DNA of 64,000 nt. Origin: Hemiscyllium ocellatum (taxonomy: Eukaryota). Where the stretch lies: assembly GCF_020745735.1 (NCBI RefSeq), contig NC_083409.1:85022048-85086047 (forward strand), written 5' to 3'. Every line of letters starts with the position of its first letter. The first letter of the stretch is position 1. Both the position numbers and the translations under genes were made by a program. This document shows positions 37,821 to 51,465 of this stretch, in pieces. The notes under the pieces are model-generated. The model made no database searches. It was not told the origin of the DNA and worked only from the letters and a program-made list of their open reading frames with translations.

Positions 37821-40800
37821 TACATGCCATTATTTTGGATAGGGCCATCTACACTGGTGAAAGTGCTTTACTATGGTTTGCAAACCCTTGAAATCAAGTC
37901 TTTTTGAAAGTGTACAGCAAAGGAAATAGTTCAGAATGATATATCTGATGTAATTATGTTGTTTCCCTTATGGTGAGGGACTGTTAAGATTGTGAAGCTA
38001 TATCACAGGAAGTAACAATCAACTCACTTTTATATGAATCACTATTAGTGAGAGAGACATGTACTGTTTTGGAGAATGTAGTGTAGCAGTTGAAACTTAA
38101 GCAGACAAGAGGATCAGTAACAAAGCAAAATTAAAAACTAAAAATTTATACCAAGAATACCTTGTACTCAGTACTGTAATTGGCAGCTTTTGTAAGTCTT
38201 ATATGAGAATTATTGTGTATCAAATGTGCAGGTTTGTTGGGTTACTTCTGCTTTGTTGCTGAAATGAACACTTTTCTACAGTCATGCTTTTATTCTAGAT
38301 TGTTCCTGTTCTGGTGGAAGATCATTTATTTCGATCCTGTACTGATGTGTTCATTAATTTTATGTTCTACTGATTGGAAGAGTATACAGATCATGTAATA
38401 TCTGAATTCAAAGAAGATTGTCTGAGTAAAATGAGGATTTTGTTTTAAGGAGGTTGCTTGTCTAGTTTTTCCATATCATTCTTGGATCAGTCTTGTAAGA
38501 TGTTCTAATTGATATACAACATGTGCAGGTCATCTAATCTATAAATGTAATATGATAAGGCCTAGAAAACTAAAAGAGTCATCAATTATTCCACCAATGA
38601 TCATCAGATACTGTCAGCTGCCACTACATTTCAAAGATATTGTTTTATAAGCTCAATTCAGGCAGTGGCACAAAAGTTGTGGTATCAAACCAGCTGCCTT
38701 TTCTATGGAGTACCTGGGATTTACTCCCATTGACTCCAAAGGAACTGAAATTCAGGCTCTGCTTATCACATGAACCAATGTTATCCATTTTACACCGGCT
38801 GCCTGGGATGAATTTTTAGCTACTTGACTAATCTAATCAGGAAATAACCATAATTGAACTATAATCTTCATCCAATTTCCTTTTATGCTGTTATTGTCTT
38901 GTGTATCATATATTGTGTAGTGTCAGTGATCATTTGAAGCAAAATTCAGTTTTAGTTTACAAACCCATTCATTTAACTTAGAGTTTATTTTTTCCATTAT
39001 ATCCTGGCTCATTCTATGGTTGCAACATTTTGGGGCTAAATTTCATGTGATGTTTATCTAGAAAGTGGGAAGTCATGGGATCTGTATGCAGAGACCTATG
39101 GTACCAGATCTCTGACCTCTTCTTGTTACTCTAGTCTTTCCAAGGCTTCACTAATGGAGGGGAAGCCTTTAGTCGAAAACATGTATGAAAATAGTGATGA
39201 GCTGTAGCATTCCAAGCCCAATATCATATTCTTCAAACTCTCATCAGAGTTTCCTGATTGTGTCTCCCTGTTCTTTGGATCACAGCATCTCAGGATGACA
39301 AAGTTCAAAATGAGGGATCCCTGAAAATTTAAATGTTGCCTTTCTCTCCAACCTCCCCACAGGATCTTTAGGTCCAGTGTGGTTCTGATTTGATCTTTTT
39401 GAAACCATCCAGAAGCCCATAGAGACATTAAGTAGACCCCAGGCTGTAGACTTATGAGGAAAGAGAAGAAAGAAGGAAGACAGTCAGTATGTCAGGAAAT
39501 CCTAATCTGTTTTACTTGTGAAATACTTTTCAATTGTAGACCCTGTTGCAATGCAGATAAGGCATGCTGAGGTCAGGACAAAAGGAGCATTTTGTGCGTC
39601 ATCGAAACTAAATTGGAGTGGGTGAAGGATGAAGAAATATTGGGACTACTATTTCTTGCCTGGGCAAGCTGGAGGTTAGAACATAAGAGATCGGAGCTGA
39701 AATTAGGCCTTTCAACTCATCGTGTTTGCTCTGCCATTCAATTGTGGCTGATAAGTTTCTCAACCCCATTCTCCCACTTTCTCCTCATAACCCTTTAGCT
39801 TTTGTCAACATGGCTGAATGATAAGCAATAGATGCATCTGGCTGATTTTTGCCCATGTTCTGAGGTGAGGCAATAATAACTCTGCTGAGGATGGAGACTC
39901 ACAATAGGAATCCATTTTCTATAATTTTGTAGTGCACTTTCTTGGAGCTGTGATTAAAAATACGGGCTGAGAGGTTAGCCAAGATCTCTGATCAGCAGTT
40001 TGAAACTGGTCCATTTAATGATTTCAGTGGCCCAACACACATCCCTGCATTATAAAAATCCACTGATAAAAGCAGCTGATGTGCTTGTTGGCCCTAAAAA
40101 GACAAAGGGAGAAAGTGCTGCATTTACTGGTGGTCCATCACCCCTTCCATATTGTACCATAGCTTGCAGGACCTGACCACAATATGGAGAGTGCAAGAAT
40201 GGGAATGGAGACCTGGCCAAAAATAGTAAGAAATGGAAAAGTAAAAGGAGTATGCTTTAAAAATGAAGAGGGTGGAACAGACAGAGGAGAAACAACAAAA
40301 TTGAGGAAGCTGATGATAGTGTCATTCAACAACTCCAAAGAGTACAGATTTCATTGGAAGACTCCTTTGTACAAACAAAGAAGACAGCAAATTCTGGAAA
40401 TCTTGAGCAAAATGAGAGAATGCCAGAAACACGCCAATTCAGTCTGCATCTGTATAGTAAATAGGCAGATTTGTTTGTGAAAGCCTTTGAAAGAATTTTT
40501 TCATTGGATTGGAAACATGAAATGTGCTTCAGTCATAGAGAAGTGACCTGAAAATATTTACATCGACTAGTCTGCCTCAGGGAAGTCCTATCTATCGGTG
40601 GGTAGTATCCCTCCCTCTGAACCAAAAGCTCTAATTTCAAGTCTGTCTCCAGGACTTGATGGTCAAGAATGATGCCCTAACAAGTTGAATGACAACTTGT
40701 AAATTCTTCCAACAAATGGCAGGTGGTAAGAATGGAAGAGATTCCTGGTCAGCTATATCATGGAAATTGGAGCCTCTAAAATTATCCATAGTTCTGGGCT

Positions 40801-41819
40801 ACATGTATGTAAAAATGTATGTTGCCACAATATATCAGATTGATTCAGTTGGCTGGACAGCTGGTGTGGACCAGATTGTTGCCAATTGCAGAAGGTTTGA
40901 TCCATCTGGTGTGATTGCAGGACCTGCTTCTTTGCCCTATCCATGGAGGACATTTGTCTCCTGACATTTTGTAGAGATAGGGGTAAGGCCTATCACAAGA
41001 TTTACACATGTTTAAAAAGTTTAATTTGGAGATGTTAGAAAACTAGAAACCTAGAGAGATCAGCAATGACAGGACTAATGGGGAGATGGGCCTTTTGTTA
41101 TAGATGCAGAAGGTGTGCCATCAGGACACATAGTGAAGTTTAAGGGCTCTTGAAGTACAATGTTCGTGTGCTCGCCTTTGAGCCAGAAAATCCAGGTTCA
41201 AGTCCCACTTGTGCTGAAAGTGTACCACGGCATGACTGAACAGGTTGATTAAAAATCATTAAAATGGGTACGTGGAGGGGAAATCTGTGTGAAATTTCAC
41301 CCTCCTTCCTTTAAATAGCCATCACAGCACACTCAATGTAGTGGATCTGTATCCCTCCTGGCGCTGGCGCCGGCCCCTTGACCTCTTCCATGGAGTTGTC
41401 ACTACCTCTATGGCTCTGATAGTTCAATAACTGATGATGCCCTTGAAGTATCTGTGGAAGACGGTTGCCACACTGGCAGGTTATATTCCTGAAAATGCCA
41501 TTACATGACTTTCTGTTTTCAACTGCCCCTCCTCCAGACTCCTACAGTTGGTCACCCAAAATGTCCATCATCATGGAGCCTGACCCATGGTTTTTAATTG
41601 TCCTTTTTTTTAACTTTTGAAAGGCTGCTCACTTCAAGTGATCACCTCCAATTTTACTGTAATAACAAGCAATTGATTTATTTTACTTTTATCAATACTA
41701 TGGTATTTTGGAGACCTCAGTACATTCTACCCGTTGGTTCACTGCATAAAAACCGAGCACAGCATCGATCCAGATCTTCCGCCTCTTTCAAATGTGTATT
41801 ATCCAAAACACAGTGCCTC

Positions 41820-41930
41820 GCAGATTTCACTTCGCGAAGAGCTTTACGTCTCCAGTGTTAGTAAAATGGTTAGGCGGAAGTGTTTTTGGGATTGGGGGAC
41901 GATTTGCAGTGGTGCAGCCGGAAACATGTG
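41820..41930 (+). promoter_or_regulatory. Probable TTC4 promoter (ETS/GABP-type sites)
   Basis: GGCGGAAGTG at 41873-41882 and CCGGAAAC near 41918, in a CpG-enriched patch about 100 bp upstream of the ATG. Confidence 0.5.
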
Positions 41931-42001
41931 TTGCTGAATGTAACAAATCTCCCGAGTGTATCAGCTGTGGGCAGTGAGCGAGCTGTCTGGGAGTGGACAG
42001 C

Positions 42002-42100
42002 ATGGCATCGCCGGGGGAGGACGATGGAATGGATGCGCTTTACGACCACTTCAAGGATAAGAAGTACAAGGGAGGCTTCAACGAGGATAACTGGGAAGAG
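42002..42100 (+). CDS. TTC4: TTC4 (Hsp70/Hsp90 co-chaperone, CNS1 homolog) coding exon 1
   Basis: MASPGEDDGMDALYDHFKDKKYKGGFNEDNWEE; GTGAG donor at 42101. Confidence 0.92.
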
Positions 42101-42843
42101 GTGAGATTTGAAAAGCTGCCCAGAAATCGGTGGGGGGCAGGGAGACTTCTCGGAACGTCTTGGGAAAGCTGCTTCACTCGACTCGCAACTTGTGGAAATA
42201 AAAGCAAGCGATACAGGTTGGCAAGGTTAAATAAATTCAGGACATACCGCCATGTGAGGAATAACAAAGTAATTTTGTGAATGTGATAACATTCGGAGCT
42301 TGTTCAGGATCCACTAGCTGAGATTAGTTACCTCGAGGTCAGGCTGAAGTTATATTTAATCTGTTTTTAAATTCACTTCCAACTGCTGATCACTGAATCT
42401 CCTTTCCCGGTTCCCAAACTAGCATTTTAAACAGTTCTCTGTGCTAAGAAATTACCCAGGCTCCCTTTTAAAACCTGTCATCAGTAGGCTAATAAATCTT
42501 CCTTTGTCTTGAGAATAAATGCTGATTTTATGAAGAACTTGCAAATTATGTAATTAACAAGAAGGCATTTTCATGTCTCACCTTGCCCGTTAAGAAACAA
42601 TCAAGTACTAGAAAAGTTAAATAGGAGCTAACTGAGATAGAAAAGGACTATGTCATGCTTGTAGTATTGTGAGATCCACCTTCTTGATGAAACAGCAAGT
42701 CTTTCATGAACATGACTATGTACAGAAGATGCTGAGAGGTACCATCTTATCTCGAGCCCTGTAGACAGATGCTCAGTAGCTAAGTAAAGGCATAATTTCA
42801 TTTACTGTACAATGCTGACTATATTTTTTTTATTCTTGCCAAG

Positions 42844-42961
42844 GAATTCGAAAAGATTCCGATGTTTATGAAAAAAGCTCCTGAAGAACTTGATCCTTTG
42901 AAGCATCCAGAACTTGCTTGCATCCAGTCAATGTTGTACGATGAGGATCAATCTCCAGAAG
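42844..42961 (+). CDS. TTC4: TTC4 exon 2
   Basis: EFEKIPMFMKKAPEELDPLKHPELACIQSMLYDEDQSPE; AG/GT boundaries in phase. Confidence 0.92.
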
Positions 42962-43931
42962 GTACAGAACTTCAAACAAAACCCATTCCAATTTGCAAAT
43001 TTTCATTTTGCAAACATTAACTGGCTTCCTGCAGATTTCTTCTTCAGAGAAGTCAATGGAATGAAATTTACTGGCATTGGCCAGGTTTTATTTATTCTTT
43101 TCATGGAATATGTGTGTTACCAGCAAGGCCGGCATCTGTTGCATGAATGGCTTGCTAGGGTGTTTTGGTGGGAAGTTAAGAGTCAATCATCTAATAGTGG
43201 ATATGGAATCACATTGGTTTGACCAAGTAAGGATGGCAGACTAAGAGTAATTGTGTTCTGTTGTAAAGTCATTGACCTGAACCAGAAACTGTTAGTGCTG
43301 CCTGAGTTTTCCTAGTTCCTTATGTCAGAGTTTTGGCTTTGTTTTGTAAGGGTAATCGATCTCCTTTCCTAAAATACATTGGTAAATCAAATGGGTTTTT
43401 GCAATAATTGATGGTCATGACATGTTGTCATGTCAGTTGCTGCAGGAGGATCTGAACTCTTGTCCCAGAACATTAGTCTGGGCATCTTGATTATTGGTCT
43501 GGTGACATTACCACTATGTTGCTATCATCCCCATCTACATGTCATCATTTATAGAAGTGATAGATGATACTACAGTGAGTACTCTACAGTGCAGTTTTTT
43601 AGCCTGGTCCTACTTTTATTTTCAGAAGAATACAAGGAAAATAGTACTTCGGTGAAATGATTTCTAAATAATCCACTGAATAAATGTTTGCTCACTGATG
43701 TACTCAGTATTGGAGATACTGAAACTGTTCGCAGGAAAATCATTGGGGCGAACCTTAATGTCACTTTCCTAGAATAATATAGCAATTTTCACTTCCTGGG
43801 CTAATGTCTGTTGAAACAACTTGAGCGTCCATGTAGATTAAATGATAAATCACATATTTATGTAGGCTAGGTGACAATAACTAATATTCATAGGTTATAT
43901 TAAACTTTTTCTTTTGAACTATGTTTTACAG

Positions 43932-44093
43932 AGCTTGCAAAAACATACAAGAATGAAGGTAATCATTACTTCAAGGAAAAGAATTACAAGAAAGCCATAA
44001 TCTCCTATACTGAGGGACTGAAGAGAAAATGCAGTGACTCTGAGCTGAATGTCATACTCCATACAAACAGAGCAGCAGCACAATTTTATTTAG
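43932..44093 (+). CDS. TTC4: TTC4 exon 3 (TPR1-2)
   Basis: LAKTYKNEGNHYFKEKNYKKAIISYTEGLKRKCSDSELNVILHTNRAAAQFYL, a carboxylate-clamp TPR. Confidence 0.94.
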
Positions 44094-44271
44094 GTATGGC
44101 TTGATACTTGATAATTCTACCAGTGTGGAGATGGATTGTTCAGGAAGTCAGTATTGAGGATTGTCTGAATCAATGTCAGACAATGAGATTAGCTCTCAAT
44201 ATGAATGAGTCTCTTAGATGTAAGCATCTTAAGTGAATTGAATATCAAGGTGTCTGAATCTGGAGTAATCT

Positions 44272-45320
44272 TATAGACAATAGGTGCAGGAGTAGGCCAT
44301 TCTGCCCTTCGGCCTGCACCACCATTCATTATGATCATGGCTGATCATCCTCAATCAGTATCCTGTTCCTGCCTTATCTCCATAACCCTTGATTCCACAA
44401 TCCTTGAGAGCTCTATCCAACACTTTCTTAAATGAATCTAGAGACTAGGCCTCCACTGCCCTCTGGGGCAGAGCATTCCACACACCCACCACTCTCTGGG
44501 TGAAGAAGTTTCTCCTCATCTCTGTCCTAAATGGCCTACTCCTTATTTTTAAGCTGTGTCCTTTGGTTCAGGACTCACCCATCAGCGGAAACATGTTTCC
44601 TGCCTTCAGAGTGTCCAATTCTTTCATAATCTTATATGTCTCAATCAGATCCCCTCTCAGTCTTCTAAACTCAAGGGTATACAAGCCCAGTCGCTCCAAT
44701 CTTTCAACATAAGACAGTCCCGCCATTCCAGGAATTGACCCCGTGAACCTACGCTGCACTCCCTCTATAGCCAGAATGTCTTTCCTCAAATTTGGAGACC
44801 AGAACTGCACACAATATTCCAGGTGTGGTCTCACCAGGGCCCTGTACAGCTGCAGAAAAACCTCTTTGCTCTATACTCAATCCCTCTTGTTATGAAGGCC
44901 AGCATGCTATTAGCTTTCTTCACTACCTGCTGTACCTGCATGCTTGCCTTCATTGACTGGTTTACAAGAACACCCAGATCTCTTTGTACTACCCAGATCT
45001 CTTTGTACTGCCCCTTTACCTAATTTGACTCCATTTAGGTAGTAATCTGCCTTCCTGTTCTTGCCACCAAAGTGGATAACCATACATTTATCCACATTAA
45101 ACTGCATCTGCCATGCATCTGTCCACTCACCTAACCTGTCCAGGTCATCCTGTAATCTCCTAACATCTTCCTCACATTTCACCCTGCCACCCAGCTTTGT
45201 ATCATCAGCAAATTTGATAATGTTACTATTAATACCATCTTCTATATCATTAATATATATTGTAAAAAGCTGCGGTCCCAGCACTGATCCCTGCGATACC
45301 CCACTGGTCACCGCCTGCCA
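44272..45320 (-). mobile_element. Relatively young CR1 LINE 3' fragment
   Basis: [21 protein letters not shown]...[10 protein letters not shown]; RPHLEYCVQFWSP; internal 19-bp tandem duplication 44972-45009. Confidence 0.9.
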
Positions 45321-45863
45321 TTACTTGAGGACTGGAAGGTTCGCTGGTATGTTTAATAGAAATGTCACATTGCACATTTGTATGAGTTCTAAAGGGAAAC
45401 ACAACATTAACAGAACATTTCGTATCATTAGATCAACTCAACAATTAGTTATAGGCTGTAAACTAATATAATTAAAGGAAAAGAAAATATAAAACTAAAT
45501 GAGAAAAGCACATCTGTAATCAAGTAGTACTTTCCTCCACATGCAAGTACTCCCAGGTAATGTCAGCTGTTAAGTATAGAACTAACTTATGGAACAGCAA
45601 AAATATGGTGAACAAAAAACAGAGAACATTACAGCGCAGTACAGACCCTTTGGCCTCTATGTTGCGCCGACCTGTGAAATCAATCCAATGAACATTTAAA
45701 GGTCATTAAAGTTGGTGAATCTATTACTGCTGGAGGCAGGGCGTTCGACACTCCTACTACACTCTGAGTAAAGAACCTACCTCTGACATCTGTCATATAT
45801 CTATCACCCCTCAAAAAAGTAAATTTGTTCTCACACTCTGTCTTTTAATATGCTTTATTCAAG

Positions 45864-45941
45864 GTAATAATCGATCTGCACTAAATGATGTGATTGCAGC
45901 TCGAAAACTGAAACCAAACCATTTGAAAGCGATCATTAGAG
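45864..45941 (+). CDS. TTC4: TTC4 exon 4
   Basis: GNNRSALNDVIAARKLKPNHLKAIIR; GTAAG donor. Confidence 0.92.
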
Positions 45942-46899
45942 GTAAGATAGCAGAAATACTTGAGTTTTGTTTTGCTTGCCCTCCTTTCTTCGGGGATCTA
46001 TTCCCTGCTAAATCTGTGTGTGTTGATGTGTGACACAGCTAGGTACAATGAGACCCTCCTTGCTTCTCTCTTCTCCTGGCCACCCCCTCAGCTTTTAGGA
46101 AATCTGTAATTGAGTTTTGAAAGTGTATTTTATTCTAGCAATAGCACAGGTAGTATGAGCCCAAATCTTCTGATCTGGATCAGAATTCCTATTTCCAACC
46201 CAAATCAGACAAAAAGTTCCCACCTAGCTTTGAGGGGATTTCCTAGCTGAAGCAATGCAGCCCAAAGCAGTAGGTCCTGCAGCCAACGCCACCGTGGATT
46301 AGTGCTCAAACCACATGTTTCATTTGCAGCAGTACCTGCTGTATTTCAAGGTTTAAAAATCCTAAAATCACTGACAGCTACTGCAAGAAGGTCAGTAAAA
46401 GTGTGTGGGCTGCACAGGTGCAGGGTGGGGTAACAGGGTTGGAAGGCTGGTGTTCAGGTAGGGGCTAGGACAGTGATGTGGGTGAGTGGTGTGGAGTTCT
46501 AAATAAGTGAATGTGCTTAGGATAGGTTGGTTTGGGTATCTGCCTGAGTGGAGGGAGTTCAGGGCTGTCTGATTGTGCCCAGTCAGTGAGGGGAGGGGAT
46601 TAATGCAGATTGATTTTAGGGTCGGGTAGCGGGGGGGATATTGGTTGTCTGGGGGTTGCTGTCAGGTCCAAGGATGCTAGGGTGAGTTGATTTCTGTGTT
46701 GAATGCAAGGGAGAGTGACTAGGGATGGGAGGACAATAGGAGGGTATTTTGTGGTCTGTAGGGGTGTTGGGTTCAAGAGGACTGGAGGGGTAAGTTGTCT
46801 GTTTGGTGGCTATCTGGGTTGAGGGAGGCGATGATGTTCATAAAGGGTTGGGGGTGGTGATGGGAACCAGTGATGAATTGAACACGGAGGGTTAGTTTT

Positions 46900-47476
46900 A
46901 TGTGCTGAGAACAAAAGTGCTGAAGATCACTAATGTTCACGTACAGATGACTCTTCATCAGAGCTGGTGTGAAGTGTGGAGGAGGCAGCGTTTATGCAAT
47001 GGAGGTGGAGGAGAGAAAGAGTGCTGGTAGTGCAGATTGGAAAGGCTGCTGAAATGATCAGAATGTGAGAATGGCAGAACAATGCTGAGTCTAACTGCCA
47101 GACTGGAAAGAACAGACAGTCCCATTGGGGTGTGGGACAGGGAAGAGAGGGCGTGGTGACAGAGAATGTAACAAATAAAGCTAAAAGGAAGGGAAGGAAT
47201 GGAAGTGGGTTGAACCCACTGTTCTGTCATTCTCATGTTCCGATTACTTAACCTGCTCTATGAACACCACATTTTCCCCCCCAGCATTCGTACCCTATCT
47301 CTGCTATTGCATAAATGCTGCCACTTCCACACTTCACATCAGCTCTGATGAAGAGTCATCTGGACACGAAACATTAGCATGCACTCTCTCCATGGTTGCT
47401 GCCTGACCTGCTGTGATTTCCAGCACTTTTTGATTTCAGTACAGATTGCAGCATCTGCAGTATTTTGTTCATACTT
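46900..47476. mobile_element. PLE derivative with inverted ends (family C hammerheads)
   Basis: 46930-47020 is inverted relative to 47280-47378; + strand gcu-CUGAUGA-A-GAGUC-aucug-GACAC-GAAA-CAUU-agc at 47342-47378. Confidence 0.65.
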
Positions 47477-48242
47477 AGGGTTAGATTAATAGTTAGCCAA
47501 CAGTTGGAGTAAATCTGAACCTCTCTAATCTTTCCAAGTTAAGGAAAGTAAGGCAGTAGCCTCCAAGGTCTCTAACTCAGATTTAGGGAATATTCTGAAG
47601 GTTTCCAGAAGCTCGGTTATTGCCCATCTGACATTTCAGCTTCACAGGCAGCTCCCACAGAGTAAACTGCATCAAGACTTCAAACAGTCCCACCATACAA
47701 CTCCAGTTTATGATTCAGCGATGCCTGTCTTCCTATTGGGAGATCCATGAGGGACTTTGACAGCGGGAAACCATAGCAGTGAATTCCGAATCTATGACTT
47801 CAAACATTTGTGCTATACGCACAGGCAATTATGAATTTAACAGGGTGGTGCTCCACTAATTGACTTCCTTTTAGTCTTAATCCAAAGGCAGTAGCAAAAT
47901 GGGATGCTGAGACAGAACAATGCCATATGGGACCAATGTTTGTTACTAACCATAGGTGAGTTAGATAATGATGAACCTCCCCTTCCTATCTCTCACCTAT
48001 TTTTGCTGCTTTTTATTGAGAAAAGAAAGATCATTTCTAAAAAAAAATTGACATTCTTCAGAATCTTGTTCTGGTGATCATTTAACAGACTCCATATTTA
48101 ATCATAAACATTAATATTATCTTATGAAATGGAGGTAGATTTTGTTAAACTGGCGTCTCACTATGATTGCTTGATTAGTAAATAAATGTTTGGGAAATGG
48201 ATTTTCTAATGACATTAAATGACTGAAGTTTTATATTGACAG

Positions 48243-48367
48243 GTGTCCTTTGTCACATTGAACTGAAAAATTACAGCCAGGCAATAGCATGGTGTGACGA
48301 TGGCCTCCAGTTTGAACCCAAAGAAAAGCAACTCATTGAATTGAGAGCCAAAGCTGATAAACAGAAG
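48243..48367 (+). CDS. TTC4: TTC4 exon 5
   Basis: GVLCHIELKNYSQAIAWCDDGLQFEPKEKQLIELRAKADKQK; GTATG donor. Confidence 0.92.
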
Positions 48368-48784
48368 GTATGTTTAGTGACTGCTGGTTAAGTACTTGAC
48401 TGTGAGAGATGAAGTCTGTGATGACTGCATTGCATGTATGCTGGATACAGGAGATTTAGTCAATTAAGTTTAAAATATGTAGACAGAGCAGAAACTGTCA
48501 AAGTCGTTCCTCGAGGAAGGGAAGAGTGTTGTTAATAAGCAGATGAATTAACTGTTTAAAATTGCATTGTAATCTCATGGATTATTTTGTGCTGCCAATG
48601 TGTGTTCTGGTGACAGGTTCATGTTGAACTTGTTATGCTCAAAGCCCTCACAGCGAGCAGAGAATGATGGCTTCAAAGGCATCATTCGAATATGCGTGGA
48701 ATTCAGATCACAAGTGAAAGATCTTTGTTCTGACTGATTCTTGCCACATCCCCTCCTTCTTAATTATTAATTTATTTTTTAAAG

Positions 48785-48871
48785 CGCATTGAAGAGCGTA
48801 ACGTAAGGAAATCAAAACTGAAGGAGAAGAAGGACCGGGTGCAAGCAGAGGCCTTACTGAAGGCTATCAGG
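48785..48871 (+). CDS. TTC4: TTC4 exon 6
   Basis: RIEERNVRKSKLKEKKDRVQAEALLKAIR; GTAAG donor. Confidence 0.9.
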
Positions 48872-49766
48872 GTAAGGGAATATGAAACTTTAGGAAAAGT
48901 GGCCCTGTCTTCCACATTGCTATCATGTTAAAATTGATCTCCTACAGAAGATGACCACATGACCTTATACTCTAAAAAGCTGAACTTTTCAAATACTTCA
49001 TGTGAAAGTTAATCCTAGCTTTTAAGATGTTAAATAGTGTTCTAATTGTTGAGTATTTATTGTTAATTACTGACCTCATTAATTTGAGGTTAGACACAAT
49101 TTTTAGATTTTACTTCAGCTTTACACCCTCAGAGAAATGAAGAAAGATGGCATTTCAGAATTGAAGGTCAATGCTATGTCATGCCTGAGCTTTGTGAAAA
49201 GGTATGATTTGGTACTTTTTCAGAACAGCATCTGCCACCTATACACAATAAAATCATCAATTGTCAGCTGACATCAGTTGATGAATATGTGTTGAACGAT
49301 CTACATTAGAAATATGAATGAAACAAATGAACTTCGACCTGCTAGCAAACAAGACTGATACTAAGATTGTTGAAAGTGCTGTCTTTGTAAAGCTGGTGGG
49401 TTTACATACAGTCCAGAGTGGTTACATATGGCAGATGGCACATGATTAAAGCCAATGGTAATAGTGGAGTACAGAACTCTCTCTAAATAGAAACTTCAGA
49501 CAGGCATTATATCCACTTCATGGGAAAGGATGGTTATTTGACTGCTTTTTCTGGTGATCATACAAATCATTCAACCCTTGGATATCTGCATTAAGAACCC
49601 TCTCAAGGACAGTGTATGAAGGGAGTGGCAATCGGGAGGTTGGAAAATTGCAGACACCTTGACTAGCAACATTGTGCCAATGGGTTTTATGCACAAGGTA
49701 TGAGCTTGATCCTAGCGATGTCAAAAAAAATTTCTAAAATGTGGAATATCGAATACATTCAATGAT

Positions 49767-49956
49767 TTAGGGTGTAGGTTTGCTCACTGAGCTGTAAGTT
49801 TGATATCCAGAAGTTTCATTACCTAGCTAGGTAACATCATCAGTGATGATGTTACCTAGCCAGGTAATGAAACGTCTGGATATCAAACCTACAGCTCAGC
49901 AAGCAAATCTACACCCTAAACCTCAACCTGAGCTACAAACCTTCACAAACCTTGCA
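49767..49956. mobile_element. Palindromic element centred on hammerhead cores (family D)
   Basis: 49766-49920 is a near-perfect inverted repeat; TSD acattcaatgat (49755-49766) / acgttcaatgat (49957-49968). Confidence 0.72.
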
Positions 49957-50163
49957 ACGTTCAATGATATTTAGGATCCTACTTGTGGAATTTTGGTGTT
50001 GAACCTCCTGGTACTACCAATGATAAGGAAAATAAAGATGAGGAAGATCTATGTTATGTTATACCAAAATGATATTTGGATAAAGCATTCAGTGATTTAG
50101 CTGCTAATCAGAGAGACACTGAAGAATTACAATGTGGACTATTGTAGTTAATTCTTTATGGTA

Positions 50164-50645
50164 CAGGTATCCCCTACTTTTTGAACGCTCGCTTTACACC
50201 AATTCACTTTTATGAAAGACCTACTTTAGTACCTGTTTTCGCTAAATGAAAGAGGATTTTCGCTTTTACAAAAAAGTGAACGCAGCAAGGGTGGCGCCAA
50301 CAAGTACCTTCCCTGGGAACTACACTCAGCATCTCAGCATCAAGCTGCCCTCAGCACTCAGCATCAAGATTTGAACTGTGTCTGCGAGCATCTGTGGTTT
50401 ATCTCAATGTATTTTGTGTATCCGTTAGCAAGATGAGTCCTAAGCTATCCTGTACCTCCCGCCACCCCAACCTCCGATGGCCATTACTATATGTTAGTGT
50501 TAGTTTAGGTTTTATGTGTTATTTGGTATGATTTCGTAGGTTATGTTTTGGGTTTGGGAACGCTCAAAAATTTTTCCAACATAAATTAATGGTAATTGCT
50601 TCTTCGCCTTCACCAATTCGGCTTACAAATGGTTTCATAGGAACT
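50164..50645. mobile_element. Tigger-like DNA transposon remnant
   Basis: TA|CAGGTATCCCCTACTTTT... left TIR; right end truncated. Confidence 0.45.
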
Positions 50646-51226
50646 ACACATTTGTATTGTTTTGGAGGAAATGTATATAATTTATAATGTTACAAAATAA
50701 ATAATGCTTGAGACTAAAAGTGAATTCCTTCATGTTGTAAGTTTTTACTTTATTCCATTATAATGGTTTTTGTTTGGGACCTAATCAAGCATACACATCT
50801 ACCTCTTAAAATTATTACTTATGGAAAAGTCAATCTCTCGACCTTTGGCTTAAAATTGGGTTTAAAAGATTTGACTTTTTCATGAGTATATATGGAAAAT
50901 GTATATTTGACTATACTGCTCTGGAGAAGGATATGTTTTTAAAATGATACCTGATATTTAAGATCAGCACTTGTACATGGCAACTAATTTACAATAAGGA
51001 GGTGAAAGTAATGGAATGATTTTAGAATCATATGTCACAACCTCTAATAAAAAAATATATTCTGCACCACCAACAGGCCTGTCCCCAATTATCACATAGC
51101 TTCCTGTCCCAAAGGATAGATGAATATCTTTGAGGATAAGGGATTGACTCAGCATTGTTGCTAGATGTAAGGATATATTTCACTATTTCTGAATTTTGCT
51201 TTAGGTTTTATTGTTCTCTGTTGCAG

Positions 51227-51465
51227 GAGAGGAAGATCAAGGTATTTCAGCCTCAGGAGTTGTCCAGTCAAAACTCTGATAGTGATGATGATGGTGATAA
51301 TAAGGAAGACAGCAGGATATTAAGAACACTGTTTGATGGCATAAACTCTGAGAATGGCATTGTCGTGCACTTGGATGAAAGTGGCTCCTTAAATTGGCCT
51401 GTGTTGTTTCTGTATCCTGAATATGAACAAATGGATTTTATCTCAGCGTTTCATGAAGACACCCG
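51227..51465 (+). CDS. TTC4: TTC4 exon 7
   Basis: ERKIKVFQ...HLDESGSLNWPVLFLYPEYEQMDFISAFHEDT(R), CNS1 C-terminal domain motif WPVLFLYPEY. Confidence 0.93.
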
